Assembly (NCBI GenBank): GCA_050951325.1
Contig: JBMNIW010000012.1
Location: 512,001-576,000 of the forward strand
Direction: 5' to 3'
DNA: 64,000 nucleotides
Source of the DNA: Clostridia bacterium
GTDB taxonomy: Bacteria > Bacillota > Clostridia > UBA1212 > DUPL01
This document shows, in pieces, positions 40,504 through 49,791 of the stretch (the stretch's first letter is position 1; every line of letters begins with the position of its first letter). A program made the position numbers and the translations under genes. Below the pieces are notes generated by a model, which worked only from the letters and a program-made list of their open reading frames with translations, did no database searches and had not been told where the DNA came from.

Positions 40504-42435
40504 CCTGACTTTGGTAATAAGCATTGGAAAATGGTGCAAACTAAATGGTAATAGAAGGATGCTCAAGAAAAAGCATCCTTTGTTTGAGTATAATAACTAT
40601 AATTTGTAGTTTAAAATTGAATTTACTTGCGATTTCGATAAGAAGTAGTTCGTGAGAGGGAGATCGAATTTGATTGTAAGTTCATCTATTAACTCTGATG
40701 AAGTAGTTAAGTTGATAAACCTATTATCCACATCGGTAAGATTAAATTTTTTTATAAACTTATATATTTCAGAAGTTGAAAATTTATTCTCCAACACCTT
40801 AAATTGTAACAATCGCTCTAAAAGAACAGCGCAATAGCAAATAAGAAAGTGTCCTTTGATTGAATCAACTTTTTGAAGAAAAACAGGCCTAGCATCTAGG
40901 TCCGACTTCATTATCTTGAACGATTCTTCTATACGCCAAAGGTTATGATATGTTTCGTAGATATCTAGATCATTCATCTTTATTTCAGATGTAACAAGAA
41001 GGTTGTATCCTGCAAGTTCCAGATCTTCGTTTATTGCATCATTGTTTATTACAGCCGCGGCTTTATTTCCTTTTTCATCTACGAACTTAACATATTTAGC
41101 AGACTCTCCGTATTCTGCCTTCTTTGCTTGAGAATGTGTAAGAAACTTTGCTTTTTCAACCATTTTGTTTATTTCACATCTTTTTTTATATGCTAAAGAT
41201 GGATTGTATGTTAAGAGTCTCTTTTCTGTAAATTCTATAGTATAGACTTTTCCTTCATATGTTACATCATACGGAAACTTATCAATACATGTTTTATAAC
41301 GAAATAAAATATTGCCGTTTTTATCTTTAACATCTTTAAAATCTCTATCAAGAAGCACCCATTTCTTCTCTTTATCCGGAAGCTTTTTTACTGCTTTTGA
41401 AAATATGTAACCATCACCATTCTTTTTTGCATACGCTATGTTGTTGGCACAGTTAAGTCCTTTATCTGCTACATGAATGGTTCTTCCTGTTATGTTATTT
41501 TGCTTTTTAAGATTGCTTATTACATCTCTTATTATAGGTTTTTCAGATTCGTTACCAGGATATATCTTCATTCCTACTGGTATTTGATTGCGATCTAGTA
41601 ATAAACCAAGGCCTACTAGAGGTTTCCTTTGATTTTCTTTACTTACACCATTTTTTTTAAAATCATCTTCTCTATCAATTTCAAAATAAAAATTTGTACA
41701 ATCGAAATAGGTTTTAGTAGTATCTAATTTATATATTTTATCAACCTGTGTAGTAAATATTTCAACAATCTTTTCGTAATTGTTGCCTAGAAAAGCTAAG
41801 CCATCTAGTAGCTGATCGTATGAAAAATTATAGGTTTGATAAAGATTAGGTAGCACTTCATGGAATGTCCTATATTTACTGCAGGGATTAACGCTTCTTG
41901 CGTAAATAAGAGATGATAGTAAATCATAAAGATCGAATTCAAACCTAGTAATTAACTTAAAATAGTCGATAAAGTGCTTAATGTTTAATTTCTCCATAAT
42001 ACTTTTCAAAGGAAAATAACCTAGGTGAATAAGTGGAGATTTAGTTGAGATTTTTTTTACGCTTTCTTCTTTTCTATTTTTATTTAATTCATCAACTACC
42101 TTTTGATAATGGGCAATAGGATCTTCTATGCCTTTTTCTTTAAGTGTTTCTATAGACCCTAATGATTTATGACAACGATGAGCAGTGCCCTTTTTTGCAG
42201 GATCGTAAAAACTTTCATAAATTGCAATGTATGTTCGATTTTTCTGCTTTGACTTTTTCAAAAAATATGCCACAACATTCCCTCCAAACTTGCACCATGT
42301 AGCACCATTATTATCTCATAAAAAAATATTTGTGTCAAGTTTTTACGCATAAAAAAACCCTATATTTGGGCGTTTGTTGATGATTATTATCTATTTTTGT
42401 CCTAATTATTCATGGTGCGAACTACGAAACAAGGG
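40504..42435 (-). mobile_element. IS1634 family insertion sequence
   Basis: AT-rich segment bounded exactly by the duplicated flanks; imperfect IRs CCTGACTTTGGTAATAAGCA versus reverse-complemented right end CCCTTGTTTCGTAGTTCGCA. Confidence 0.88.
40597..42273 (-). CDS. IS1634 family DDE transposase
   Basis: YFDCTNFYFE, GVSKE, PGNESE, VADKGL, YHNLWRIEESFKIMKSDLDARPVF, GHFLIC. Confidence 0.93.
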   Translation of the reverse strand: MAYFLKKSKQKNRTYIAIYESFYDPAKKGTAHRCHKSLGSIETLKEKGIEDPIAHYQKVVDELNKNRKEESVKKISTKSPLIHLGYFPLKSIMEKLNIKHFIDYFKLITRFEFDLYDLLSSLIYARSVNPCSKYRTFHEVLPNLYQTYNFSYDQLLDGLAFLGNNYEKIVEIFTTQVDKIYKLDTTKTYFDCTNFYFEIDREDDFKKNGVSKENQRKPLVGLGLLLDRNQIPVGMKIYPGNESEKPIIRDVISNLKKQNNITGRTIHVADKGLNCANNIAYAKKNGDGYIFSKAVKKLPDKEKKWVLLDRDFKDVKDKNGNILFRYKTCIDKFPYDVTYEGKVYTIEFTEKRLLTYNPSLAYKKRCEINKMVEKAKFLTHSQAKKAEYGESAKYVKFVDEKGNKAAAVINNDAINEDLELAGYNLLVTSEIKMNDLDIYETYHNLWRIEESFKIMKSDLDARPVFLQKVDSIKGHFLICYCAVLLERLLQFKVLENKFSTSEIYKFIKKFNLTDVDNRFINLTTSSELIDELTIKFDLPLTNYFLSKSQVNSILNYKL

Positions 42436-42482
42436 CAACTTTCTTAAACTTATCCAATGCCATAACCTCCTGATTATTGTAT

Positions 42483-42671
42483 TTATTCCTCCTCAGGAAT
42501 AACCAGGGCACAAATAATATAGATTAGAATTCCGGTTCCATACGCCAGTGTTAGAACTGCCCAAAGAAGTCTTACGATTGTAGGATCCAAATTCAAGTAG
42601 TCAGCTATACCTGAACATACCCCCGCAAGCTTTCTGTCGTTTCTTTTCCTGTATATTCTTTTCTGGCTCAT
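42483..42671 (-). CDS. PspC domain protein (copy 2)
   Basis: Differs from copy 1 by one residue (I15L). Confidence 0.92.
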   Translation of the reverse strand: MSQKRIYRKRNDRKLAGVCSGIADYLNLDPTIVRLLWAVLTLAYGTGILIYIICALVIPEEE

Positions 42672-42753
42672 GTTGTTCCCCTTTAAAGTGATTTCAAAAA
42701 AATTATATCACACAATTTTTATGCGAACAAGACGAGATAAACTTTCTCATAAT

Positions 42754-42788
42754 AAAAAAGCTGCACATTGTCTATTCACAATGTGCAG
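42754..42788 (-). terminator. Terminator of the NPETSD gene (copy 2)
   Basis: Identical hairpin to 39558..39592. Confidence 0.75.
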
Positions 42789-42807
42789 TCTCTTTGAGGA
42801 CAAATTG

Positions 42808-43443
42808 TTATTTTACTCTTCTTCTCTTTAAGGGTACAAAACCAGTCAATGTAAGTACAACCAGAGGAATCATACCCATGTCGGATGTTTCTGGATTTTG
42901 CTTTGCAACAAATCTGATATCGGTGATAACAAAACCGTGTGGAAATGCTGGATCCAGATAGTTTGCTACAAATACCTCTCCATTGTAATCTGAATTAAGC
43001 TCCAGAGTAACATCAACTCTTCCCTGCCAACCTCCGGACACACTGCCTTCAAATACATACTTGGTAATTACACCTGCATCCTCGTCGCTTACTTTCTCGC
43101 CTCCTGCCGTTTGCATGGCTCCTTTGTTTGTAAAGCCAAACGCTGTATTATAGCTGGCATAATCCACATCTTGGCTTCTTGCATATGTAACCACAATGGC
43201 TTCGTATTTGCTCAGATCTATCTCTCCTAGACTTGCATAAGCCCCAAAGTTACACATGGCAATAACATGCTTGTCATCGTAGCCTGCAGCCGGCCACAGC
43301 CCCAAGGGTGAATTTTGGTTAAACCCTGCCTTGCCTTCAACTTTTGATATATCGATTACCAGATCTTCGTTTGCCGATACACCAAAAGAAAACAAGCACA
43401 ACATTAACATGAATGCTAACACAAAGGCAAAAATCCTTCTCAT
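42808..43443 (-). CDS. Secreted CBM6-like protein with NPETSD C-terminus (copy 2)
   Basis: GGAGGTG RBS before ATG 43443; 211 aa, colinear with copy 1. Confidence 0.65.
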   Translation of the reverse strand: MRRIFAFVLAFMLMLCLFSFGVSANEDLVIDISKVEGKAGFNQNSPLGLWPAAGYDDKHVIAMCNFGAYASLGEIDLSKYEAIVVTYARSQDVDYASYNTAFGFTNKGAMQTAGGEKVSDEDAGVITKYVFEGSVSGGWQGRVDVTLELNSDYNGEVFVANYLDPAFPHGFVITDIRFVAKQNPETSDMGMIPLVVLTLTGFVPLKRRRVK

Positions 43444-43701
43444 TATGTACACCTCCGAAGATTTTTTTGTTAAGTTAATTATATTCCATTGGTACGTAAA
43501 GTCAACCTTTACTCGGTACATTTTATTAATAATTATACGCAATATTACTGCTATAGCAAATATTCTAATCCTGGTGCCTTTTTTACTGTGAACAACAACG
43601 GAAAAAGTCAATAATATTAAACGGAAATTTACAAGAATATATGGAAAAATACTGTTAATATTATTATAATATTATCAATGATTCTGGGGAAGGGAGCGAA
43701 A

Positions 43702-46122
43702 ATGAGAAAATATTTGATGCTTTGCACAAGTCTTTTGTTAATTGTTTTACTTACGGTCACCTTGGGAAAGGAAGGAGAAGACATGCACGGTGGACTGATT
43801 GAAGGACAGCGCTCCGCAGTTGCCATGTACAATGAGACAGATAATTCATTTGGTATGGCCATGGACAAGGGAGACGCACTGGGGGTAAGATTCCATGCTA
43901 CAACCGAGTTTGACGGCTTGGAATTTTATGTTACAAATGCTTTTATCCAAAGGAGTGTAATGCAATTCGACCTCTATGAATGGAAAGGAACATATAAGCT
44001 GACGGTGTCAGGCCATTCTCTTGTGACATTAGAGGCAACACGATTTGCACGAAATGAATGGGCAAGTTTCTCATTTGACAATGTTGTTAAGAAAGGGGAA
44101 TACCTGGCAGTATTGAGTGGTTTTGACGGCAATGTGCAGCTGGGCAAAGTCTCGTTAGATAAAGAGAATATAGCCCTTTATTTTAACGGTTTTGATATGG
44201 CAGGAGCCTTAAGGTCTAGGATAAATTACATACATACACCAACAGTACCGTTTGCAAAACTGTCAAAGGCTGAGGAATCTGAAAATGTAAATATAGTGAG
44301 GCCGGACACATTTGTAGCTACTGACGGGCTGGGCAGGACAGTGTCTGGTTATGGTGAAGTGGGAGATGTAAGAGAAGGAAAATATGTAGGCATGTTTTTC
44401 TGGACATGGCATGCTTCTTTTTCGGGCACAGTGCCAAGAAATGTAACGGAGATATTAAAGGAACATCCCGACATCATACATGACTACAATGCAAAGCAGT
44501 GGGGTGGACCAAACGATTCATACTTCTGGAACGAGCCTATATATGGATACTACAATGGAAAGGATCCTTGGGTGTATAGAAAACAGGCAGAGCTTCTTGC
44601 CGACGCAGGAGTAGATGTAATAATATTTGACAACAGCAACAATGTAGCTACTTTCATCGATGGTGTTAAAGTGCTGCTGGAAACATTTGCACAGGCAAGA
44701 GCTGATGGTGTGAACACTCCCCAGATATCTTTTCTAATGAATTTTTTTGAAGCAGACTGGTCGAGCACCGTAATCCAGTTGAAGGAATTGTATAAAGAGA
44801 TATACAAACCAGGAAAGTACAAGGAGCTGTGGTTTTACTGGAAAGGAAAACCTCTGATGATGGCATACCCTGACAAACTGAATCCAAATGATGCGCTGGA
44901 AGCGGAGATTCTGGAGTTCTTTACATACAGGCCGGCACAGCCTTCCTACACAATTGGGCAGATCCGCCCAAACCAATGGGGATGGTGTTCTGTTTATCCT
45001 CAGCAGGTATACAAGGATGAAAACGGCAATCCGGAGCAGATAACAGTCAGCGTGGCACAAAACCACAATGACAAGCGCGGGCTGACTGCCATGAACGGTG
45101 AAAGGGTATTCGGAAGACACTGGATAAATGCAAAGAAGGATTATGATACCAGAGAAAATGCCATTCTTTATGGAGCGAACTTTGAAGAGCAGTTTAATTA
45201 CGCTCTTGAAGTGGATCCGGAATTCATATTCATTACAGGCTGGAATGAATGGAGAGCGGGAAGATACAGGGAATGGTGCGGTGTTCAAAATGCATTTCCC
45301 GATCAGTTCAATGACGCCTATTCAAGAGATATTGAGCCTTCCAAAGGGGATCTTAAAGACCACTACTATTATCAGCTTGTATCGTTTATTAGAAAATACA
45401 AGGGTGTGGAAAAACCTGAGAGTGCATCAGCAGGCAAAACTATTGACATATATTCCGACCAGGACATGTGGGAGGATGTAAAACCATATTTTGCAGCATA
45501 TGGCGGTAATACATTCCACAGAAACAGCCCTGGTTACGTTGGATACAACTATAAAAACACAACTGGAAGAAACGATATTACAGGGGCAAAAGTAACATTC
45601 GACAAGGATAATGTGTATTTCATGGTTGAGACCAAGGAGAATCTTACTCCACATACGGATCCTGCCTGGATGAGACTGTTTATAGATGTAGAAGGGCAGA
45701 ATGGACCTGACTGGGAAACTTTCGAGTACGTAGTAAACAGGGTAAATCCAGGAGAAAAAGCAGTACTGGAGAAATCTACTGGTGGATGGAATTGGGAGAA
45801 AGTCGGTGATGTGGATTACGCTGTTAAAGACAACAGACTTCAGATAAAAGTACCAAAATCCCTGCTGGGTATTGTGGGTGAAAAGTTTGTAATTAATTTC
45901 AAATGGTCCGACAATATGCAGAACGAAGGTGATATTATGGACTTTTATGTAAACGGTGATGTGGCTCCAGGCGGCAGGTTCAAGTACCAGTATGCTAGTT
46001 ACGAGCTATACAAGGAATCTACTTTTTCTTTAGGAAAAGTAATTACCATTGTTGGTGCTGTTCTTTTTGTAGGTCTTGCGGTACTGTCAGGTATTTTGGT
46101 TGTAAAGAAAAGAAAGAAGTAA
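43702..46122 (+). CDS. Secreted, membrane-anchored GH99/GH71-like protein (paralog 2)
   Basis: Signal peptide, ATDGLGR, WNEPIYGYY, FITGWNEW, DIEPS, C-terminal TM + KKRKK. Confidence 0.65.
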   Translation: MRKYLMLCTSLLLIVLLTVTLGKEGEDMHGGLIEGQRSAVAMYNETDNSFGMAMDKGDALGVRFHATTEFDGLEFYVTNAFIQRSVMQFDLYEWKGTYKLTVSGHSLVTLEATRFARNEWASFSFDNVVKKGEYLAVLSGFDGNVQLGKVSLDKENIALYFNGFDMAGALRSRINYIHTPTVPFAKLSKAEESENVNIVRPDTFVATDGLGRTVSGYGEVGDVREGKYVGMFFWTWHASFSGTVPRNVTEILKEHPDIIHDYNAKQWGGPNDSYFWNEPIYGYYNGKDPWVYRKQAELLADAGVDVIIFDNSNNVATFIDGVKVLLETFAQARADGVNTPQISFLMNFFEADWSSTVIQLKELYKEIYKPGKYKELWFYWKGKPLMMAYPDKLNPNDALEAEILEFFTYRPAQPSYTIGQIRPNQWGWCSVYPQQVYKDENGNPEQITVSVAQNHNDKRGLTAMNGERVFGRHWINAKKDYDTRENAILYGANFEEQFNYALEVDPEFIFITGWNEWRAGRYREWCGVQNAFPDQFNDAYSRDIEPSKGDLKDHYYYQLVSFIRKYKGVEKPESASAGKTIDIYSDQDMWEDVKPYFAAYGGNTFHRNSPGYVGYNYKNTTGRNDITGAKVTFDKDNVYFMVETKENLTPHTDPAWMRLFIDVEGQNGPDWETFEYVVNRVNPGEKAVLEKSTGGWNWEKVGDVDYAVKDNRLQIKVPKSLLGIVGEKFVINFKWSDNMQNEGDIMDFYVNGDVAPGGRFKYQYASYELYKESTFSLGKVITIVGAVLFVGLAVLSGILVVKKRKK

Positions 46123-46137
46123 TTTGGGAGGGATAAT

Positions 46138-46842
46138 ATGAAGAAAGCAATTATTCTTGTGCTTTTAATTTCATTGTTTGTGTTTTCAGGATGCGCCGAC
46201 AAGAATGCAGGTCAAGAATCAACGCCGACGCCTGAGGCGACACATACTCCAGATCCCACCAGTACACCCACACCAACACAGGAGCCAACCCCAAAGCCAA
46301 CTCCGATGCCTACAGTTGAACCTGGAACAGGTAAATATGCAGGAGAAGTGGACGAAACCAATGGCATAAAAGCGGATTTTTACGAAGGAGGCTGGGACGG
46401 CCAACAGGCACACAGGGTGAATGGAAGTCTTTGCATTCAGTTTTTTGCCACCACAACCTTTGACAAAGTTGGGGTTTGCATGCCTACTTGGACTCAAAAG
46501 CAGGGTCATGCGGCAACAATTTCTCTTTACGCTTGGCAAGGTTCCTTTGATGCAACGTTAATGAAAGATCCTATTGCCACTAAGGAAGTGGCAGATTGGG
46601 CGGATGGTGTGGAAGTTCTTCTGGAACTGGATGAAGAAATGCCGGATGGCGAGTATTTGTATGAGATATATAACGACAATACTAATAATGTCGGTATATG
46701 GTATAAGCCTGGTACTGTAGACTATGTGAGAACGTATTACAACAATGAGATTTGGGATACTGGGACACCCAGGTTGGTTGTGTATTATACAAAAACGCCT
46801 GAGCATTTGCATGGGCCAATTCAGGATTCCGGTCTTGAGTAA
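46138..46842 (+). CDS. Lipoprotein with Pro/Thr linker and uncharacterised beta-sandwich domain
   Basis: Lipobox FSGC, (PT)n linker, domain resembling the N-termini of the two GH99-like proteins. Confidence 0.75.
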   Translation: MKKAIILVLLISLFVFSGCADKNAGQESTPTPEATHTPDPTSTPTPTQEPTPKPTPMPTVEPGTGKYAGEVDETNGIKADFYEGGWDGQQAHRVNGSLCIQFFATTTFDKVGVCMPTWTQKQGHAATISLYAWQGSFDATLMKDPIATKEVADWADGVEVLLELDEEMPDGEYLYEIYNDNTNNVGIWYKPGTVDYVRTYYNNEIWDTGTPRLVVYYTKTPEHLHGPIQDSGLE

Positions 46843-46860
46843 ATTTCAAGAGGTGACGAC

Positions 46861-47955
46861 ATGTATGGAATGGATGAGTTTTTCGAAAGTGTAAAAGAAT
46901 TGAATGAGGAAGAACTGTTCTACAAGGAGTATTATAGAATAAAGAAAGAGAGTCCGGAAAAACTTGGTGAATATCTCGAAATGCTGGATAGGGAAATGAT
47001 GCAGGAAAAGGGGCTGTGGCTTCCTGAAATCAGGCAGACTTCTGCAAGTTACTTTACCGAGTATTTTGTAGAGGACATTAGAAAGAATGTGGAGATAAGC
47101 ATACATAACAGATACACGCCTCTTTTCTTGCACAAGCATGCCTTTTTTGAGATGGTTTATGTATATTCAGGTCAATGTGAAAATACTATTGATGGCAACA
47201 AGATTGTCATGAACAAGGGGGATATTTGTATAATTGCACCCGATGTAAACCATACGATGGGCGTATTTGATGACGACAGCATTGTTTTTAATATTATCAT
47301 TCGAAGGAGCACGTTCAGGGAAATATTTGAAGGCATTTTTACCGATGACACGGCTTTGTCGCTGTTTTTTAACAGAATTCTATACTCAAATACTACAAAC
47401 AGTCACTTGCTGTTTGTTTCGGAAGACTATGAGTCTCTGCACAGCTGTATTAAGTTCCTGATTTGGGAAGGCAGCAAAAAAGAAAAGTATTACAAGCCTG
47501 CCATGGAGAATCTATTAAGGACAGCCTTTTGCTTAATGCTTAGAAGACAGGAATGCATGGTTGTTTCAAGCTCCCTCACTACCGAAGATCCGGAAATTCT
47601 TCACATTCTAAGGTATATTCAGGATAATTATAAAACTGTGAACCTGAACGACCTTTCAGACAAGTTCAAGTATTCCCCTGATTATATGGGGAAACTGATA
47701 AAAAAGAATACAGGCACCACGTTCATAAAAATCCTGAGGGATATAAAGTTTAAAAAAGCGTGCAACATGCTTTTGAATACAAATCTAAATGTCATTGATA
47801 TTTGCTATGAGGTGGGGTATGAATCTGTTGAATATTTCAACAGGTCCTTCAAAAAGCTTTGCGGCATGACACCCACCGAATACAGAAAGCAGGCATCAAA
47901 TCTCAAAAACATACCTCCATCTCAAAGAAGTATTGAGTTAAATACGATTACCTAA
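46861..47955 (+). CDS. AraC family transcriptional regulator (paralog of 14301..15353)
   Basis: HKHAFFEMVYVYSG, YFNRSFKK...TPTEYR. Confidence 0.9.
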   Translation: MYGMDEFFESVKELNEEELFYKEYYRIKKESPEKLGEYLEMLDREMMQEKGLWLPEIRQTSASYFTEYFVEDIRKNVEISIHNRYTPLFLHKHAFFEMVYVYSGQCENTIDGNKIVMNKGDICIIAPDVNHTMGVFDDDSIVFNIIIRRSTFREIFEGIFTDDTALSLFFNRILYSNTTNSHLLFVSEDYESLHSCIKFLIWEGSKKEKYYKPAMENLLRTAFCLMLRRQECMVVSSSLTTEDPEILHILRYIQDNYKTVNLNDLSDKFKYSPDYMGKLIKKNTGTTFIKILRDIKFKKACNMLLNTNLNVIDICYEVGYESVEYFNRSFKKLCGMTPTEYRKQASNLKNIPPSQRSIELNTIT

Positions 47956-49067
47956 ACAAGTCTGCTGTTTATATTATTTATTACATAAAACCCATTTCTG
48001 TTGCAGGAGTCGTAGCGGTTATAAAAAAGCTCGCTTTGGTTTAAGTTCAGCTGACGCATTATGCCTCCTGCTTCCTCTATGATGATTTGACCCGCAGCGG
48101 TATCCCATTCCATAGTGTGTCCGTATCTGTAGTACACGTCCGCCTTTCCCTCTGCAATCCTGCACATTTTTATTGCGCTACCTTTTGAAACAAGCTTTTC
48201 AATCTTATGAATGTTTTCTGCAAGCAGTTTTTTCGTTTTATCATCAAAGCTGCTTTTGCTGTGCATGCATATGAGTCGATCCGTTCTATTGCTTACTGAG
48301 ATTCTTCTGTTTGCATCAAATATGTTTTCAAAAAACTCCTCGCTGGTTGATTTAAAAGTACCATGACCTCTTGCTGCATAGTACACTTTGTTAAACACAG
48401 GAATAAATATCAGGCCACAAACAGCTCTCTTCTTGTAAGAAAGGGCTATATTTATTGAAAACTCGTCATTCTTTTTAATAAACTCTTTTGTGCCGTCAAG
48501 AGGATCTATTATCAAGCAGTATGGATTTTTAACTCTTTCCTCTATGGTTTTGCTATCATACGTTTCCTCGGCAAGAATTGCATAATCGGGGTATGTTTCC
48601 ATTAAATAATTTGAAATAATGCTGTTTGACGCTCTGTCTGCCTCGGTAACTGGAGACGAATCTTCTTTGTAGGATACAACAAAATCCTTTTTGTAAATCT
48701 TGAGTATTGCCTTTGAGGCTTCAATTGCGCAGGTGGCAAAATGTTTTAGCATGTCCTCGTAGTCAAAATAATAAGGTTCTACGTAGTCGATAATGTTCTG
48801 CAGGTTGGTCGGTTCAATATCGTAAAATCCAGGTATCTGGGATGTGCCTACCGTAACTAGAGGTATGTTGCCCAGTTCCTGCTTAAGATAAATATTATTG
48901 TATAAATAACCGATAACAGTACAGCCTTGGCTGTTTAGATCCTTTATGGTTCCTATACTTATATTTTCTTTTGCACAAAAAGTTTTGATGCCTGACTTTG
49001 ACAGATGTTCGTTCAGGCTGTCCATTAGTTCGTACCCATCCGCAAACAGAATTACAGGGTTTTTCAT
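47952..49067 (-). CDS. cysQ: 3'(2'),5'-bisphosphate nucleotidase with ~100-aa N-terminal extension
   Basis: KEDSSPVTEAD, IDPLDGTKEF, GSAIK, TMEWDTAAG. Confidence 0.85.
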   Translation of the reverse strand: MKNPVILFADGYELMDSLNEHLSKSGIKTFCAKENISIGTIKDLNSQGCTVIGYLYNNIYLKQELGNIPLVTVGTSQIPGFYDIEPTNLQNIIDYVEPYYFDYEDMLKHFATCAIEASKAILKIYKKDFVVSYKEDSSPVTEADRASNSIISNYLMETYPDYAILAEETYDSKTIEERVKNPYCLIIDPLDGTKEFIKKNDEFSINIALSYKKRAVCGLIFIPVFNKVYYAARGHGTFKSTSEEFFENIFDANRRISVSNRTDRLICMHSKSSFDDKTKKLLAENIHKIEKLVSKGSAIKMCRIAEGKADVYYRYGHTMEWDTAAGQIIIEEAGGIMRQLNLNQSELFYNRYDSCNRNGFYVINNINSRLV

Positions 49068-49071
49068 AAAA

Positions 49072-49665
49072 TCATTCCTTTAAATATCCTTTTTCAATAG
49101 AGTCTTTTATCATTTCATCTATGTTATTCCAAAGGTCTGGACATGCTTCCCTTAACACTCCTATTCGCTTGTATACCATTGCACTGTTCACATTGCCAAG
49201 TTTCCATGTATGACCTTCGGTGTAGTAGTTGAGTATGAAAGGTTGAAGTCTGTCCATGGCAGCAGCAAACTTTGCATCATAAGTCTCCATGGCTTCAAAC
49301 TCTTCCCACAACTCCCTTAGTTCCGTCCCTTGATTTTCAGGCAGCATCCCGAAAATTTTGTCTGCCGCTTCCTTCTCGCGTTTCTGCTTGTCCTTGTAGC
49401 CTTCGATGTCAAAGGCAAAGGTGTCTCCTGCATACACTTCAACAATATCGTGAATCAAAGCCATCTTGACAGCTCTTGCCAGGTCGACTTTGTCTGTATC
49501 ACAGTATTCATATAATATTGTACCCATTATAGCGATGTGCCATGAATGTTCTGCAGAATTTTCCCTTTTTGACTGGTCAATTATTGCACTTTGTCTCAAT
49601 ACTGTTTTTAGCCTGTCGATTTCCACAATGAAATCCAGCTGTTTTTGAAATCTATCCTTGTCCAT
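49072..49665 (-). CDS. HD domain hydrolase (HDDC2/YfbR-like)
   Basis: ENSAEHSWH, LIHDIVEVYAGD, DRLQP. Confidence 0.9.
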   Translation of the reverse strand: MDKDRFQKQLDFIVEIDRLKTVLRQSAIIDQSKRENSAEHSWHIAIMGTILYEYCDTDKVDLARAVKMALIHDIVEVYAGDTFAFDIEGYKDKQKREKEAADKIFGMLPENQGTELRELWEEFEAMETYDAKFAAAMDRLQPFILNYYTEGHTWKLGNVNSAMVYKRIGVLREACPDLWNNIDEMIKDSIEKGYLKE

Positions 49666-49726
49666 AAGCAATCCTTTCCTAAAAAGATACCTCTTAATTG
49701 TAACAAAAAACTGGTCCGAGCACAAA

Positions 49727-49755
49727 TTGACATCTTGCCCCGTTGGCTATATAAT
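49727..49755 (+). promoter_or_regulatory. Consensus SigA promoter
   Basis: TTGACA-17 bp-TATAAT upstream of 49792. Confidence 0.8.
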
Positions 49756-49791
49756 TTTCAGGAGTGAAAATTTTATTCATGGGAGAAGAAG

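Larger units (their letters stand above)
42436..43671 (+). repeat. Direct repeat copy 2 abutting the IS right end
   Basis: Homologous to 39238..40503, with alternating identical and diverged blocks. Confidence 0.9.

Noticed and set aside
43444-43611. N-terminal extension of the 267-aa ORF
   Set aside because: A strong RBS at ATG 43443 and colinearity with the 211-aa paralog show the extension is promoter DNA.
46220-46320. CCA/ACA repeats
   Set aside because: They encode the Pro/Thr linker of the lipoprotein.
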